NCBI RefSeq assembly: GCF_009914755.1
Contig: NC_060948.1
Reading direction: 5' to 3' (one strand)
From: the human T2T-CHM13v2.0 reference genome, Homo sapiens
Length of the DNA: 64,000 nucleotides
Shown: positions 28,937-42,967 of the stretch, piece after piece
Numbering within the stretch: position 1 is the first letter of the stretch
How the letters are laid out: the number at the start of each line of letters is the position of its first letter
Made by a program: the position numbers and the translations under genes
Notes under the pieces: generated by a model
What the model was told of the DNA's origin: nothing
What the model saw: the letters and a program-made list of their open reading frames with translations, nothing else
Databases searched by the model: none

Positions 28937-31900
28937 AGGCCTGGAATAAAGTGGAATGCTACGGTCTCGAATGGAATAAAAATGTATGGAATGGAATGCA
29001 ATGAAACGGAATCGAATGTCATAGAATGTAATGGAATGCAAAAAAATGGAATCCAAAATCATTGACTGGAAAGGCTGGGTTTCGAAAGGAATTGACTCCA
29101 ATGGAATGGAATCGAATGGAATGGAAGTGAATAGAATCGAACTAAATCGAATGGAATGGAATTGGTAGGAACGGAATGGAAATGAATGAAATGATTTGGC
29201 ATGGAATGGAATCGAATGGCATCGAATGGAATGGAATGGAATGCAATGCAATGGAATGTATTAGAATGTAATGAACTTTAATGGAATGTACTCGAATGGA
29301 TTCGACTGGAATGGAATGTTCTGGAAGTGAATGCACTCCAATGGAATAGATTCAAAAGGAATAGAATCGTACGGAATGGAATCTAATGGAATGGAATTAA
29401 ATGGAAATGAATCAAATTGAATAGCACGGAATTGAATTGAATGGAATCGAATGCAATGGAATCCAATAAAACGGAAAGGAAAGGAAGGGAATGGAATGGA
29501 ATGGGCTGGAATGGAAAGGAATCGAAACGAATGGAATGGAATCGAACTGAAGAGACTGGAATGGAATGCACTGGAATGGAAGGGAGTGTAATGGAAGTTT
29601 CTCGACAAAAATGGAATCGAATGGAATGGAATTGAATGGAACGGAATAGAGTCGAATGGAATTGAATGGAATGGAATGGACTAGAGTGAAATGGAATCGA
29701 ACCACAAGGAATGGACAGGAATAGAATGGTCTCGAATTGAATGGAATCGTATGGAATGGCATCAAACGGAATGGAATGGACAGCCACGGAATGGAATGCA
29801 CTCGAATGCAATGGAGTCGAAACTAATGGACTGGAATAGAATGGACTCGACTGGTACGGACTCCAATGGAATGGAATCGAATGGAAGGGAATCGAACGGA
29901 ATGGACTCGAAGGGAAAAGACTGCAATGGAAAGGTCTCGAATGGAATGGAAATTAATGGAATGGAATGGAATCGAATGAAATGGAGTCAAAAGGAATGGA
30001 ATCGAATGGCAAGAAATCGAATGTAATGGAATCGCAAGGAATGGATGTGAACGGAACGGAATGGAATGGAATCCAAAGGAATGGAATAGAATGGAATGGA
30101 ATCGAATGGAAAGGACTCGAATGGAAATCACTCGAATAGAATGCAATTTAATAAAATAGGATGAAATGTAATGGAATGGAATGGAAAGGAATCGAAACGA
30201 AAGGAATGGAGACAGATGGAATGGAATGGAACAGAGAGCAATGGTATAGAATGGAATGGAATCATCTGAAATGGAATTGAATGGAATGGAATAATATGAA
30301 ATGGAATGGAATGGAATGGAATGCCCTTGAATTAAATGGACTGGAATGGAATGGACTCGAACAGAGTGGAATGGAAAGTGTTGAGATAGAATGGAATGGA
30401 CTCGTTTGGAATGGTCTAGTATGCAATGCAATCGACTGGCAGGGAATCAAAAGGAATGTAATCGAATGGATTGGACTGGAATGCAATGGACTCGAATAGA
30501 TTGGAAACGGAATGCAAAGGAATGGAATGGAATAGTATGGAATGGAATGGAAAGGAATGGAGTGGAATAGACTAGAGTGGAATGGAATGGACTCGAAAGC
30601 AATGGACTGGAAATGGAACTTTCTTGAATGGACTGGAATCAGAGAATCAAATGGAATTGAATCGAATGGAATCGAATGGATTGGAAAGGAATAGAATGGA
30701 ATGGAATGGAATTGATTCAAATGGAATGGACTAGAATGGAATGGATTCGAATGGAAGGCAAAGGAATGGAATCTATTGGAATGGACTGCAATGGAATGGA
30801 ATGGAAGGGATTGGAATGGACTCGAATGGAATGGACTGCCATAGAAAGGATTCGAATGGAATGAAAAAGAATTGAATGGAATAGAACAGAATGGAATCAA
30901 ATCGAATGAAATGGAATGGAATAGAAAGGAATGGAATGAAATGGAATGGAAAGGATTCGAATGGAATGCAATCGAATGGAATGGAATCGAACGGAATGGA
31001 ATAAAATGGAAGAAAACTGGCAAGAAATGGAATCGAAATGAATGGAGTGTTATGGAACGGACTCCAAAGGAATTGAATGTAATAGAATGGAGTGGAGTGG
31101 ACTCGAATATAATGGACTGGAATGGAATGAAATCACATGGAATGGGAACGAATGGAATGGAATGGAAAGGAATGGAATCGAATGGAAAGGAATCGAATGG
31201 AAGGGAATGAAATTGAATCAACAGGAATGGAAGGGAATAGAATAGACGGTAATGGAATGGACTCGAATAGAATGGACACGAATGCTCAAATTGAATGGAC
31301 TCGAATGGAATGGAAACGAAAGGAATGTCATCGAATGGAATTGAATCGATTGGAATGAAATCGCATAGAATGGAGTGGAATCAAATGGAATTGAATCGAA
31401 AGGAAAGGAAGCGAATGGACTGAAATGAAATGGAATGGAATTGAATGGAAAGTAATGCAATGGAATAGAATGGAACGAAATTTCACGGAATGGAATCAAA
31501 CTGAATGGAATCAAATCAATGGAATATAATCAAATGGAATGGAAAGGAATTGAATGGAGTAGATGGGATTGGATGGGATTGGAATGAAATGTACTGGAAA
31601 GGACTCGAATTTCATGAAACGGAATGGAAAGAATTGGAACGGAATGGACTCGAATGGAATGGAATGTCATGGAATGGCATCAAATGGAATGGCATCAAAT
31701 GGAATGGAATCGAATGCAATGGAATGCTATGGAATGGAACGGAATGCATTGGAATGGAATGTCCTCTAACGGAAAGGATTCGAGTGGAATGGAATCGAAT
31801 ATAATGGAGTCGAATGAAATGGAATTGAAAGGAATGGGATCGAATACAATAGAATATACTGGAATGTAATGTAATGAACTCGAATGTAATTGACTGGAAT

Positions 31901-32444
31901 GGAATGTACATGAATGGAATGTAATCGAATGGAAAGTAATCCAATGGAATAGAATCTAATGCAATAAAATCTACTCAGATAGAGTAGAATGTAATGGAAT
32001 GGAGTGCAGTGCAGTGGAATGGAATGGAATGGAATGCAATGGAATGGAATGGAATGGAATGGAATGGAATGGGATGGAATGGGATGGAATGGTATGGAAT
32101 GGATAGTAATGGACTGGAGTGAAATGGACTGGAAAGGAATAGACTCAAATTGAAAGGGCTCGAAAGGAATGGAGTCAAATGGAATGGTCTGGAATGGAAT
32201 GAACACGAATGTAATGCAATCCAATAGAATGGAATCGAATGGCATGGAATATAAAGAAATGGAATCGAAGAGAATGGAAACAAACGGAATGGAATTGAAT
32301 GGAATGGAATTGAATGGAATGGGAACGAATGGAGTGAAATTGTATGCAGTAGAAGAGAATAGAATGGAATGCAAGCGAAAGGAAAGGAATGGATTGGAAT
32401 GGAATGGAATTCATTGGAATGGAAGGGAATGTAGTGTATTGGAC
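28937..32444 (+). repeat. DYZ1 unit 9 (3508 bp; net -51 variant)
   Basis: AGGCCT at 28937 and 32445; junction at ~30640. Confidence 0.85.
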
Positions 32445-35400
32445 AGGCCTGGAATAAAGTGGAATGCTACGGTCTCGAATGGAATAAAAATGTATGGAAT
32501 GGAATGCAATGAAACAGAATCGAATGTCATAGAATGTAATGGAATGCAAAAAAATGGAATCCAAAATCATTGACTGGAAAGGCTGGGTGTCGAAAGGAAT
32601 TGACTCCAATGGAATGGAATCGAATGGAATGGAAGTGAATAGAATCGAACTAAATCGAATGGAATGGAATTGATAGGAACGGAATGGAAAGGAATGCAAT
32701 GATTTGGCATGGAATGGAATCGAAGGGCATCGAATGGAATGGAATGGAATGTATTAGAATGTAATGAACTTTAGTGGAATGTACTCGAATGGATTCGACT
32801 GGAATGGAATGTTCTGGAAGTGAATGGACTCCAATGGAATGGATTCAAAAGGAATGGAATCATACGGAATGGAATCTAATGGAATGGAATTAAATGGAAA
32901 TGAATCAAATTGAATAGCACGGAATGAATTGAATGGAATCGAATGCAATGGAATCTAATGAAACGGAAAGGAAAGGAATGGAATGGAATGGAATGGGCTG
33001 GAATGGAAAGGAATCGAAACGAATGGAATGGAATCGAACTGAATAGACTGGAATGGAATGCACTGGAATGGAAGGGAGTGTAATGGAAGGTTTTCGAAAA
33101 AAATGGAATCGAATGGAATGGAATTGAATGGAACGGAATAGAGTCGAATGGAATTGAATGGAATGGAATGGACTAGAGTGAAATGGAATCGAATCACAAG
33201 GAATGGACAGGAATAGAATGGTCACGAATTGAATGGAATCGTATGGAATGGCATCAAACGGAATGGAATGGACAGCCACGGAATGGAATGCCCTCGAATG
33301 CAATGGAGTCGAAACTAATGGACTGGAATAGAATGGACTCGACTGGTACGGACTCCAATGGAATGGAATCGAATGGAAGGGAATCGAACGGAATGGACTC
33401 GAAGGGAAAAGACTGCCATGGAAATGTCTCGAATGGAATGGAAATTAATGGAATGGAATGGAATCGAATGAAATGGAGTCAAAAGGAATGGAATCGAATG
33501 GCAAGAAATCGAACGTAATGGAATCGCAAGGAATTGATGTGAACGGAACGGAATGGAATGGAATCCAAAGGAATGGAATAGAATGTAATGGAATCGAATG
33601 GAAAGGACTCGAATGGAAATCATTCGAATAGAATGCAATTTAATAAAATAGGATGAAATGTAATGGAATGGAATGGAAAGGAATCGAAACGAAAGGAATG
33701 GAGACAGATGGAATGGAATGGAACAGAGAGCAATGGTATAGAATGGAATGGAATCATCTGGAATGGAATTGAATGGAATGGAATAATATGAAATGGAATG
33801 GAATGGAATGGAATGCCCTTGAATTAAATGGACTGGAATGGAATGGACTCGAACAGAGTGGAATGGAAAGTGTTGAGATAGAATGGAATGGACTCGTTTG
33901 GAATGGTCTAGTATGCAATGCAATCGACTGGCAGGGAATCAAAAGGAATGTAATCGAATGGATTGGACTGGAATGCAATGGACTCGAATAGATTGGAAAC
34001 GGAATGCAAAGGAATGGAATGGAATAGTATGGAATGGAATGGAAAGGAATGGAGTGGAATAGACTAGAGTGGAATGGAATGGACTCTAAAGCAATGGACT
34101 GGAAATGGAACTTTCTTGAATGGACTGGAATCAGAGAATCAAATGGAATTGAATCGAATGGAATCGAATGGATTGGAAAGGAATAGAATGGAATGGAATG
34201 GAATTGACTCAAATGGAATGGACTAGAATGGAATGGATTCGAATGGAAGGCAAAGGAATGGAATCTATTGGAATGGACTGCAATGGAATGGAATGGAAGG
34301 GATTGGAATGGACTCGAATGGAATGGACTGCCATAGAAAGGATTCGAATGGAATGCAAAAGAATTGAATGGAATAGAACAGAATGGAATCAAAGCGAATG
34401 AAATGGAATGGAATAGAAAGGAATGGAATGAAATGGAATGGAAAGGATTCGAATGGAATGCAATCGAATGGAATGGAATCGAACGGAATGGAATAAAATG
34501 GAAGCAAACTAGCAAGAAATGGAATCGAAATGAATGGAGTGTTATGGAACGGACTCAAAAGGAATTGAATGTAATAGAATGGAGTGGAGTGGACTCGAAT
34601 ATAATGGACTGGAATGGAATGAAATCACATGGAATGGGAACGAATGGAATGGAATGGAAAGGAATGGAATCTAATGGAAAGGAATCGAATGGAAGGGAAT
34701 GAAATTGAATCAACAGGAATGGAAGGGAATAGAATAGACGGTAATGGAATGGACTCGAATAGAATGGACACGAATGCTCAAATTGAATGGACTCGAATGG
34801 AATGGAAACGAAAGGAATGTCATCGAATGGAATTGAATCGATTGGAATGAAATGGCATAGAATGGAGTGGAATCAAATGGAATTGAATCGAAAGGAAAGG
34901 AAGCGAATGGACTGAAATGAAATGGAATGGAATTGAATGGAAAGTAATGCAATGGAATAGAATGGAACGAAATTTCACGGAATGGAATCCAACTGAGTGG
35001 AATAAAATCAATGGAATATAATCAAATGGAATGGAAAGGAATTGAATGGAGTAGATGGGATTGGATGGGATTGGAATGAAATGTACTGGAAAGGACTCGA
35101 ATTTCATGAAAAGGAATGGAATGAATTGGAACGGAATGGACTCGAATGGAATGGAATGTCATGGAATGGCATCAAATGGAATGGAATCGAATGCAATGGA
35201 ATGCTATGGAATGGAATGGAATGCATTGGAATGGAACGTCCTCTAATGGAAAGGATTCGAGTGGAATTGAATCGAATATAATGCAGTCGAATGAAATGGA
35301 ATTGAAAGGAATGCGATCGAATACAATGGAATATACTGGAATGTAATGTAATGAAGTCGAATGTAATTGACTGGAATGGAATGTACATGAATGGAATGTA

Positions 35401-35911
35401 ATCGAATGGAAAGTAATCCAATGGAATAGAATCTAATGCAATAAAATCGACTCAGATAGAGTAGAATGTAATGGAATGGAGTGCAGTGCAATGGAATGGA
35501 ATGGAATGGAATGCAATGGAATGGAATGGAATGGAATGGAATGGAATGGGATGGAATGGTATGGAATGGATAGTAATGGACTGGAGTGAAATGGACTGGA
35601 AAGGAATGGACTCAAATTGAAAGGGCTCGAAAGGAATGGAGTCAAATGGAATGGTCTGGAATGGAATGAACACGAATGTAATGCAATCCAATAGAATGGA
35701 ATCGAATGGCATGGAATATAAAGAAATGGAATTGAAGAGAATGGAAACAAACGGAATGGAATTGAATGGAATGGAATTGAATGGAATGGGAACGAATGGA
35801 GTGAAATTGTATGCAGTAGAAGAGAATAGAATGGAATGCAAGCGAAAGGAAAGGAATGGATTGGAATGGAATGGAATTCATTGGAATGGAAGGGAATGTA
35901 GTGTAATTGAC
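32445..35911 (+). repeat. DYZ1 unit 10 (3467 bp; shortest; net -51 variant plus 15-bp and 1-bp deletions)
   Basis: AGGCCT at 32445 and 35912; junction at ~34132. Confidence 0.85.
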
Positions 35912-38900
35912 AGGCCTGGAATAAAGTGGAATGCTACGGTCTCGAATGGAATACAAATGTATGGAATGGAATGCAATGAAACGGAATCGAATGTCATAGA
36001 ATGTAATGGAATGCAAAAAAATGGAATCCAAAATCATTGACTGGAAAGGATGGGTGTCGAAAGGAATTGACTCCAATGGAATGGAATCGAATGGAATGGA
36101 AGTGAATAGAATCGAACTAAATCGAATGGAATGGAATTGATAGGAACGGAATGGAAAGGAATGAAATGATTTGGCATGGAATGGAATCGAATGGCATCGA
36201 ATGGAATGGAATGGAATGCAATGCAATGGAATGTATTAGAATGTAATGAACTTTAATGGAATGTACTCGAATGGATTCGACTGGAATGGAATGTTCTGGA
36301 AGTGAATGGACTCCAATGGAATGGATTGAAAAGGAATGGAATCGTACGGAATGGAATCTAATGGAATGGAATTAAACGGAAATGAATCAAATTGAATAGC
36401 ACGGAATTGAATTGAATGGAATCGAATGCAATGGAATTTAATGAAACGGAAAGGAAAGGAATGGAATGGATTGGAATGGGCTGGAATGGAAAGGAATCGA
36501 AACGAATGGAATGGAATCGAACTGAGGAGACTGGAATGGAATGCACTGGAATGGAAGGGAGTGTAATGGAAGGTTCTCGAAAAAAATGGAAACGAATGGA
36601 ATGGAATTGAATGGAACGGAATAGAGTCGAATGGAATTGAATGGAATGGAATGGACTAGAGTGAAATGGAATCGAACCACAAAAAATGGACAGGAATAGA
36701 ATGGTCTCGAATTAAATGGAATAGTATGGAATGGCATCAAACGGAATGGAATGGACAGCCACGGAATGGAATACACTCGAATGCAATGGAGTCGAAACTA
36801 ATGGACTGGAATAGAATGGACTCGACTGGTACGGACTCCAATGGAATGGAATCGAATGGAAGGGAATCGAACGGAATGGACTCGAAGGGAAAAGACTGCA
36901 ATGGAAAGGTCTCGAATGGAATGGAAATTAATGGAATGGAATGGAATCGAATGAAATGGAGTCAAAAGGATTGGAATCGAATGGCAAGAAATCGAATGTA
37001 ATGGAATCGCAAGGAACGGATGTGAACGGAACGGAATGGAATGGAATCCAAAGGAATGGAATAGAATGGAATGGAATAGAATGGAAAGGACTCGAATGGA
37101 AATCAGTCGAATGGAATGAAATTTAATAAAATAAGATCAAATGTAATGGAATGGAATGGAAAGGAATCGAAACGAAAGGAATGGAGACATATGGAATGGA
37201 ATGGAACAGAGAGCAATGTTATAGAATGGAATGGAATCATCTGGAATGGAATTGAATGGAATGGAATAATATGAAATGGAATGGAATGGAATGGAATGCC
37301 CTTGAATTAAATGGACTGGAATGGAATGGACTCGAACAGAGTGGAATGGAAAGTGTTGAGATAGAATGGAACGGACTCCTTTGGAATGGTCTAGTATGCA
37401 ATGCAATCGACTGGCAGGGAATCAAAAGGAATGTAATCGAATGGATTGGACTGGAATGCAATGGACTCGAATAGATTGGAAACGGAATGCAAAGGAATGG
37501 AATGGAATAGTATGGAATGGAATGGAAAGGAATGGAGTGGAATAGACTAGAGTGGAATGGAATGGACTCGAAAGCAATGGACTGGAATGGAACTTTCTTG
37601 AATGGACTGGAATCAAACGGAATGGAATGCAATGCAATCAAATGGCATGGAATAAAATAGAATAAAAGAGAATCAAATGGAATTGAATCGAATGGAATCG
37701 AATGGATTGGAAAGGAATAGAATGGAATGGAATGGAATTGACTCAAATGGAATGGACTAGAATGGAATGGATTCGAATGGAAAGCAAAGGAATGGAATCT
37801 ATTGGAATGGACTGCAATGGAATGGAATGGAAGGGATTGGAATGGACTCGAATGGAATGGACTGCCATAGAAAGGATTCGAATGGAATGAAAAAGAATTG
37901 AATGGAATAGAACAGAATGGAATCAAATCGAATGAAATGGAATGGAATAGAAAGGAATGGAATGAAATGGAATGGAAAGGATTCGAATGGAATGCAATCG
38001 AATGGAATGGAATCGAACGGAATGGAATAAAATGGAAGAAAACTGGCAAGAAATGGAATCGAAATGAATGGAGTGTTATGGAACGGACTCAAAAGGAATT
38101 GAATGTAATAGAATGGAGTGGAGTGGACTCGAATATAATGGACTGGAATGGAATGAAATCACATGGAATGGGAACGAATGGAATGGAATGGAAAGGAATG
38201 GAATCGAATGGAAAGGAATCGAATGGAAGGGAATGAAATTGAATCAACAGGAATGGAAGGGAATAGAATAGACGGTAATGGAATGGACTCGAATAGAATG
38301 GACACGAATGCTCAAATTGAATGGACTCGAATGGAATGGAAACGAAAGGAATGTCATGGAATGGAATTGAATCGATTGGAATGAAATCGCATAGAATGGA
38401 GTGGAATCAAATGGAATTGAATCGAAAGAAAGGAAGCGAATGGACTGAAATGAAATGGAATGGAATTGAATGGAAAGTAATGCAATGGAATAGAATGGAA
38501 CGAAATTTCACGGAATGGAATCAAACTGAATGGAATCAAATCAATGGAATATAATCAAATGGAATGGAAAGGAATTGAATGGAGTAGATGGGATTGGATG
38601 GGATTGGAATGAAATGTACTGGAAAGGACTCGAATTTCATGAAACGGAATGGAATGAATTGGAACGGAATGGACTCGAATGGAATGGAATGTCATGGAAT
38701 GGCATCAAAAGGAATGGCATCAAATGGAATGGAATCGAATGCAATGGAATGCTATGGAATGGAATGGAATGCATTGGAATGGAATGTCCTCTAATGGAAT
38801 GGATTCGAGTGGAATGGAATCGAATATAATGGAGTCGAATGAAATGGAATTGAAAGGAATGGGATCGAATACAATGGAATATACTGGAATGTAATGTAAT

Positions 38901-39464
38901 GAACTCGAATGTAATTGACTGGAATGGAATGTACATGAATGGAATGTAATCGAATGGAAAGTAATCCAATGGAATAGAATCTAATGCAATAAAATCGACT
39001 CAGATAGAGTAGAATGTAATGGAATGGAGTGCAGTGCAATGGAATGGAATGGAATGGAATGCAATGGAATGGAATGGAATGGAATAGAATGGAATGGAAT
39101 GGGATGGAATGGTATGGAATGGATAGTAATGGACTGGAGTGAAATGGACTGGAAAGGAATGGACTCAAATTGAAAGGGCTCGAAAGGAATGGAGTCAAAT
39201 GGAATGGTCTGGAATGGAATGAACACGAATGTAATGCAATCCAATAGAATGGAATCGAATGGCATGGAATATAAAGAAATGGAATCGAAGAGAATGGAAA
39301 CAAACGGAATGGAATTGAATGGAATGGAAATGAATGGAATGGGAACGAATGGAGTGAAATTGTATGCAGTAGAAGAGAATAGAATGGAATGCAAGCGAAA
39401 GGAAAGGAATGGATTGGAATGGAATGGAATTCATTGGAATGCAAGGGAATGTAGTGTAATGGAC
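35912..39464 (+). repeat. DYZ1 unit 11 (3553 bp; full type; divergent internal patch)
   Basis: AGGCCT at 35912 and 39465. Confidence 0.85.
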
Positions 39465-42400
39465 AGGCCTGGAATAAAGTGGAATGTTACGGTCTCGAAT
39501 GGAATAAAAATGTATGGAATGGAATGCAATGAAACGGAATCGAATGTCATAGAATGTAATGGAATGCAAAAAAATGGAATCCAAAATCATTGACTGGAAA
39601 GGCTGGGTGTCGAAAGGAATTGACTCCAATGGAATGGAATCGAATGGAATGGAAGTGAATAGAATCGAACTAAACCGAATGGAATGGAATTGATAGGAAC
39701 GGAATGGAAAGGAATGCAATGATTTGGCATGGAATGGAATCGAAGGGCATCGAATGGAATGCAATGGAATGTATTAGAATGTAATGAACTTTAGTGGAAT
39801 GTACTCGAATGGATTCGACTGGAATGGAATGTTCTGGAAGTGAATGGACTCCAGTGGAATGGATTCAAAAGGAATGGAATCGTACGGAATGGAATCTAAT
39901 GGAATGGAATTAAATGGAAATGAATCAAATTGAATAGCACGGAATGAATTGAATGGAATCGAATGCAATGGAATCTAATGAAACGGAAAGGAAAGGAATG
40001 GAATGGAATGGAATGGGCTGGAATGGAAAGGAATCGAAACGAATGGAATGGAATCGAACTGAAGAGACTGGAATGGAATGCACTGGAATGGAAGGGAGTG
40101 TAATGGAAGGTTCTTGAAAAAAATGGAATCGAATGGAATGGAATTGAATGGAACGGAATACAGTCGAATGGAATTGAATGGAATGGAATGGACTAGAGTG
40201 AAATGGAATCGAATCACAAGGAATGGACAGGAATAGAATGGTCTCGAATTGAATGGAATCGTATGGAATGGCATCAAACGGAATGGAATGGACAGCCACG
40301 GAATGGAATGCACTCGAATGCAATGGAGTCGAAACTAATGGACTGGAATAGAATGGACTCGACTGGTACGGACTCCAATGGAATGGAATCGAATGGAAGG
40401 GAATCGAACGGAATGGACTCGAAGGGAAAAGACTGCAATGGAAAGGTCTCGAATGGAATGGAAATTAAAGGAATGGAATGGAATCGAATGAAATGGAGTC
40501 AAAAGGAATGGAATCGAATGGCAAGAAATCAAATGTAATGGAATCGTAAGGAATTGATGTGAACCGAACGGAATGGAATGGAATCCAAAGGAATGGAATA
40601 GAATGTAATGGAATCGAATGGAAAGGACTCGAATGGAAATCATTCGAATAGAATGCAATTTAATAAAATAGGATGAAATGTAATGGAATGGAATGGAAAG
40701 GAATCGAAACGAAAGGAATGGAGACAGATGGAATGGAATGGAACAGAGAGCAATGCTATAGAAAGGAATGGAATCATCTGGAATGGAATTGAATGGAATG
40801 GAATAATATGAAATGGAATGGAATGGAATGGAATGCCCTTGAATTAAATGGACTGGAATGGAATGTACTTAAACAGAGTGGAATGGAAAGTGTTGAGATA
40901 GAATGGAATGGACTCCTTTGGAATGGTCTAGTATGCAATGCAATCGACTGACAGGGAATCAAAAGGAATTTAATCGAATGGATTGGACTGGAATGCAATG
41001 GACTCGAATAGATTGGAAACGGAATGCAAAGGAATGGAATGGAATAGTATGGAATGGAATGGAAAGGAATGGAGTGGAATAGACTAGAGTGGAATGGAAT
41101 GGACTCGAAAGCAATGGACTGGAATGGAACTTTCTTGAATGGACTGGAATCAAACGGAATGGAATGCAATGCAATCAAATGGCATGGAATAAAATAGAAT
41201 GAAAGAGAATCAAATGGAATGGAATCGAATGGAATCGAATGGATTGGAAAGGAATAGAATGGAATGGAATGGAATTGACTCAAATGGAATGGACTAGAAT
41301 GGAATGGATTCGAATGGAAGGCAAAGGAATGGAATCTATTGGAATGGACTGCAATGGAATGGAATGGAAGGGATTGGAATGGACTCGAATGGAATGGACT
41401 GCCATAGAAAGGATTCGAATGGCATGAAAAAGAATTGAATGGAATAGAACAGAATGGAATCAAATCGAATGAAATGGAATGGAATATAAAGGAATGGAAT
41501 GAAATGGAATGGAAAGGACTCGAATGGAATGCAATCGAATGGAATGGAATCGAACGGAATGGAATAAAATGGAAGCAAACTGGCAAGAAATGGAATCGAA
41601 ATGAATGGAGTGTTATGGATCGGACTCAAAATGAATTGAATGTAATAGAATGGAGTGGAGTGGACTCGAATATAATGGACTGGAATGGAATGAAATCACA
41701 TGGAATGGGAACGAATGGAATGGAATGGAAAGGAATGGAATCGAATGGAAAGGAATCGAATGGAAGGGAATGAAATTGAATCAACAGGAATGGAAGGGAA
41801 TACAATAGACGGTAATGGAATGGACTCGAATAGAATGGACACGAATGCTCAAATTGAATGGACTCGAATGGAATGGAAACGAAAGGAATGTCATCGAATG
41901 GAATGGAATCGATTGGAATGAAATCGCATAGAATGGAGTGGAATCAAATGGAATTGAATCGAAAGGAAAGGAAGCGAATGGACTGAAATGAAATGGAATG
42001 GAATTGAATGGAAAGTAATGCAATGGAATAGAATGGAACGAAATTTCACGGAATGGAATCAAACTGAATGGAATCAAATCAATGGAATATAATCAAATGG
42101 AATGGAAAGGAATTGAATGGAGTAGATGGGATTGGATGGGATTGGAATGAAATGTACTGGAAAGGACTCGAATTTCATGAAACGGAATGGAATGAATTGG
42201 AACGGAATGGACTCGAATGGAATGGAATGTCATGGAATGGCATCAAATGGAATGGAATCGAATGCAATGGAATGCTATGGAATGGAATGGAATGCATTGG
42301 AATGGAATGTCCTCTAACGGAATGGATTCGAGTGGAATGGAATCGAATATAATGGAGTCGAATGAAATGGAATTGAAAGGAATGGGATCGAATACAATGG

Positions 42401-42967
42401 AATATACTGGAATGTAATGTAATGAACTCGAATGTAATTGACTGGAATGGAATGTACATGAATGGAATGTAATCGAATGGAAAGTAATCCAATGGAATAG
42501 AATCTAATGCAATAAAATCGACTCAGATAGAGTAGAATGTAATGGAATGGAGTGCAGTGCAATGGAATGGAATGGAATGGAATGCAATGGAATGGAATGG
42601 AATGGGATGGAATGGTATGGAATGGATAGTAATGGACTGGAGTGAAATGGACTGGAAAGGAATCGACTCAAATTGAAAGGGCTCGAAAGGAATGGAGTCA
42701 AATGGAATGGTCTGGAATGGAATGAACACGAATGTAATGCAATCCAATAGAATGGAATCGAATGGCATGGAATATAAAGAAATGGAATCGAAGAGAATGG
42801 AAACAAACGGAATGGAATTGAATGGAATGGAAATGAATGGAATGGGAACGAATGGAGTGAAATTGTATGCAGTAGAAGAGAATAGAATGGAATGCAAGCG
42901 AAAGGAAAGGAATGGATTGGAATGGAATGGAATTCATTGGAATGGAAGGGAATGTAGTGTAATGGAC
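39465..42967 (+). repeat. DYZ1 unit 12 (3503 bp; full type at the 52-bp site)
   Basis: AGGCCT at 39465 and 42968; shortened by two 15-bp deletions, a 1-bp deletion and a contracted pure GGAAT tract. Confidence 0.85.

Noticed and set aside
2243-34515. The +1/-52 variant is net frame-preserving (-51 nt, 270 vs 253 aa ORF), which could suggest coding constraint
   Set aside because: There is a one-in-three chance of this for a single event, other indels (5, 20, 1 bp) break frames freely, and nothing supports translation.
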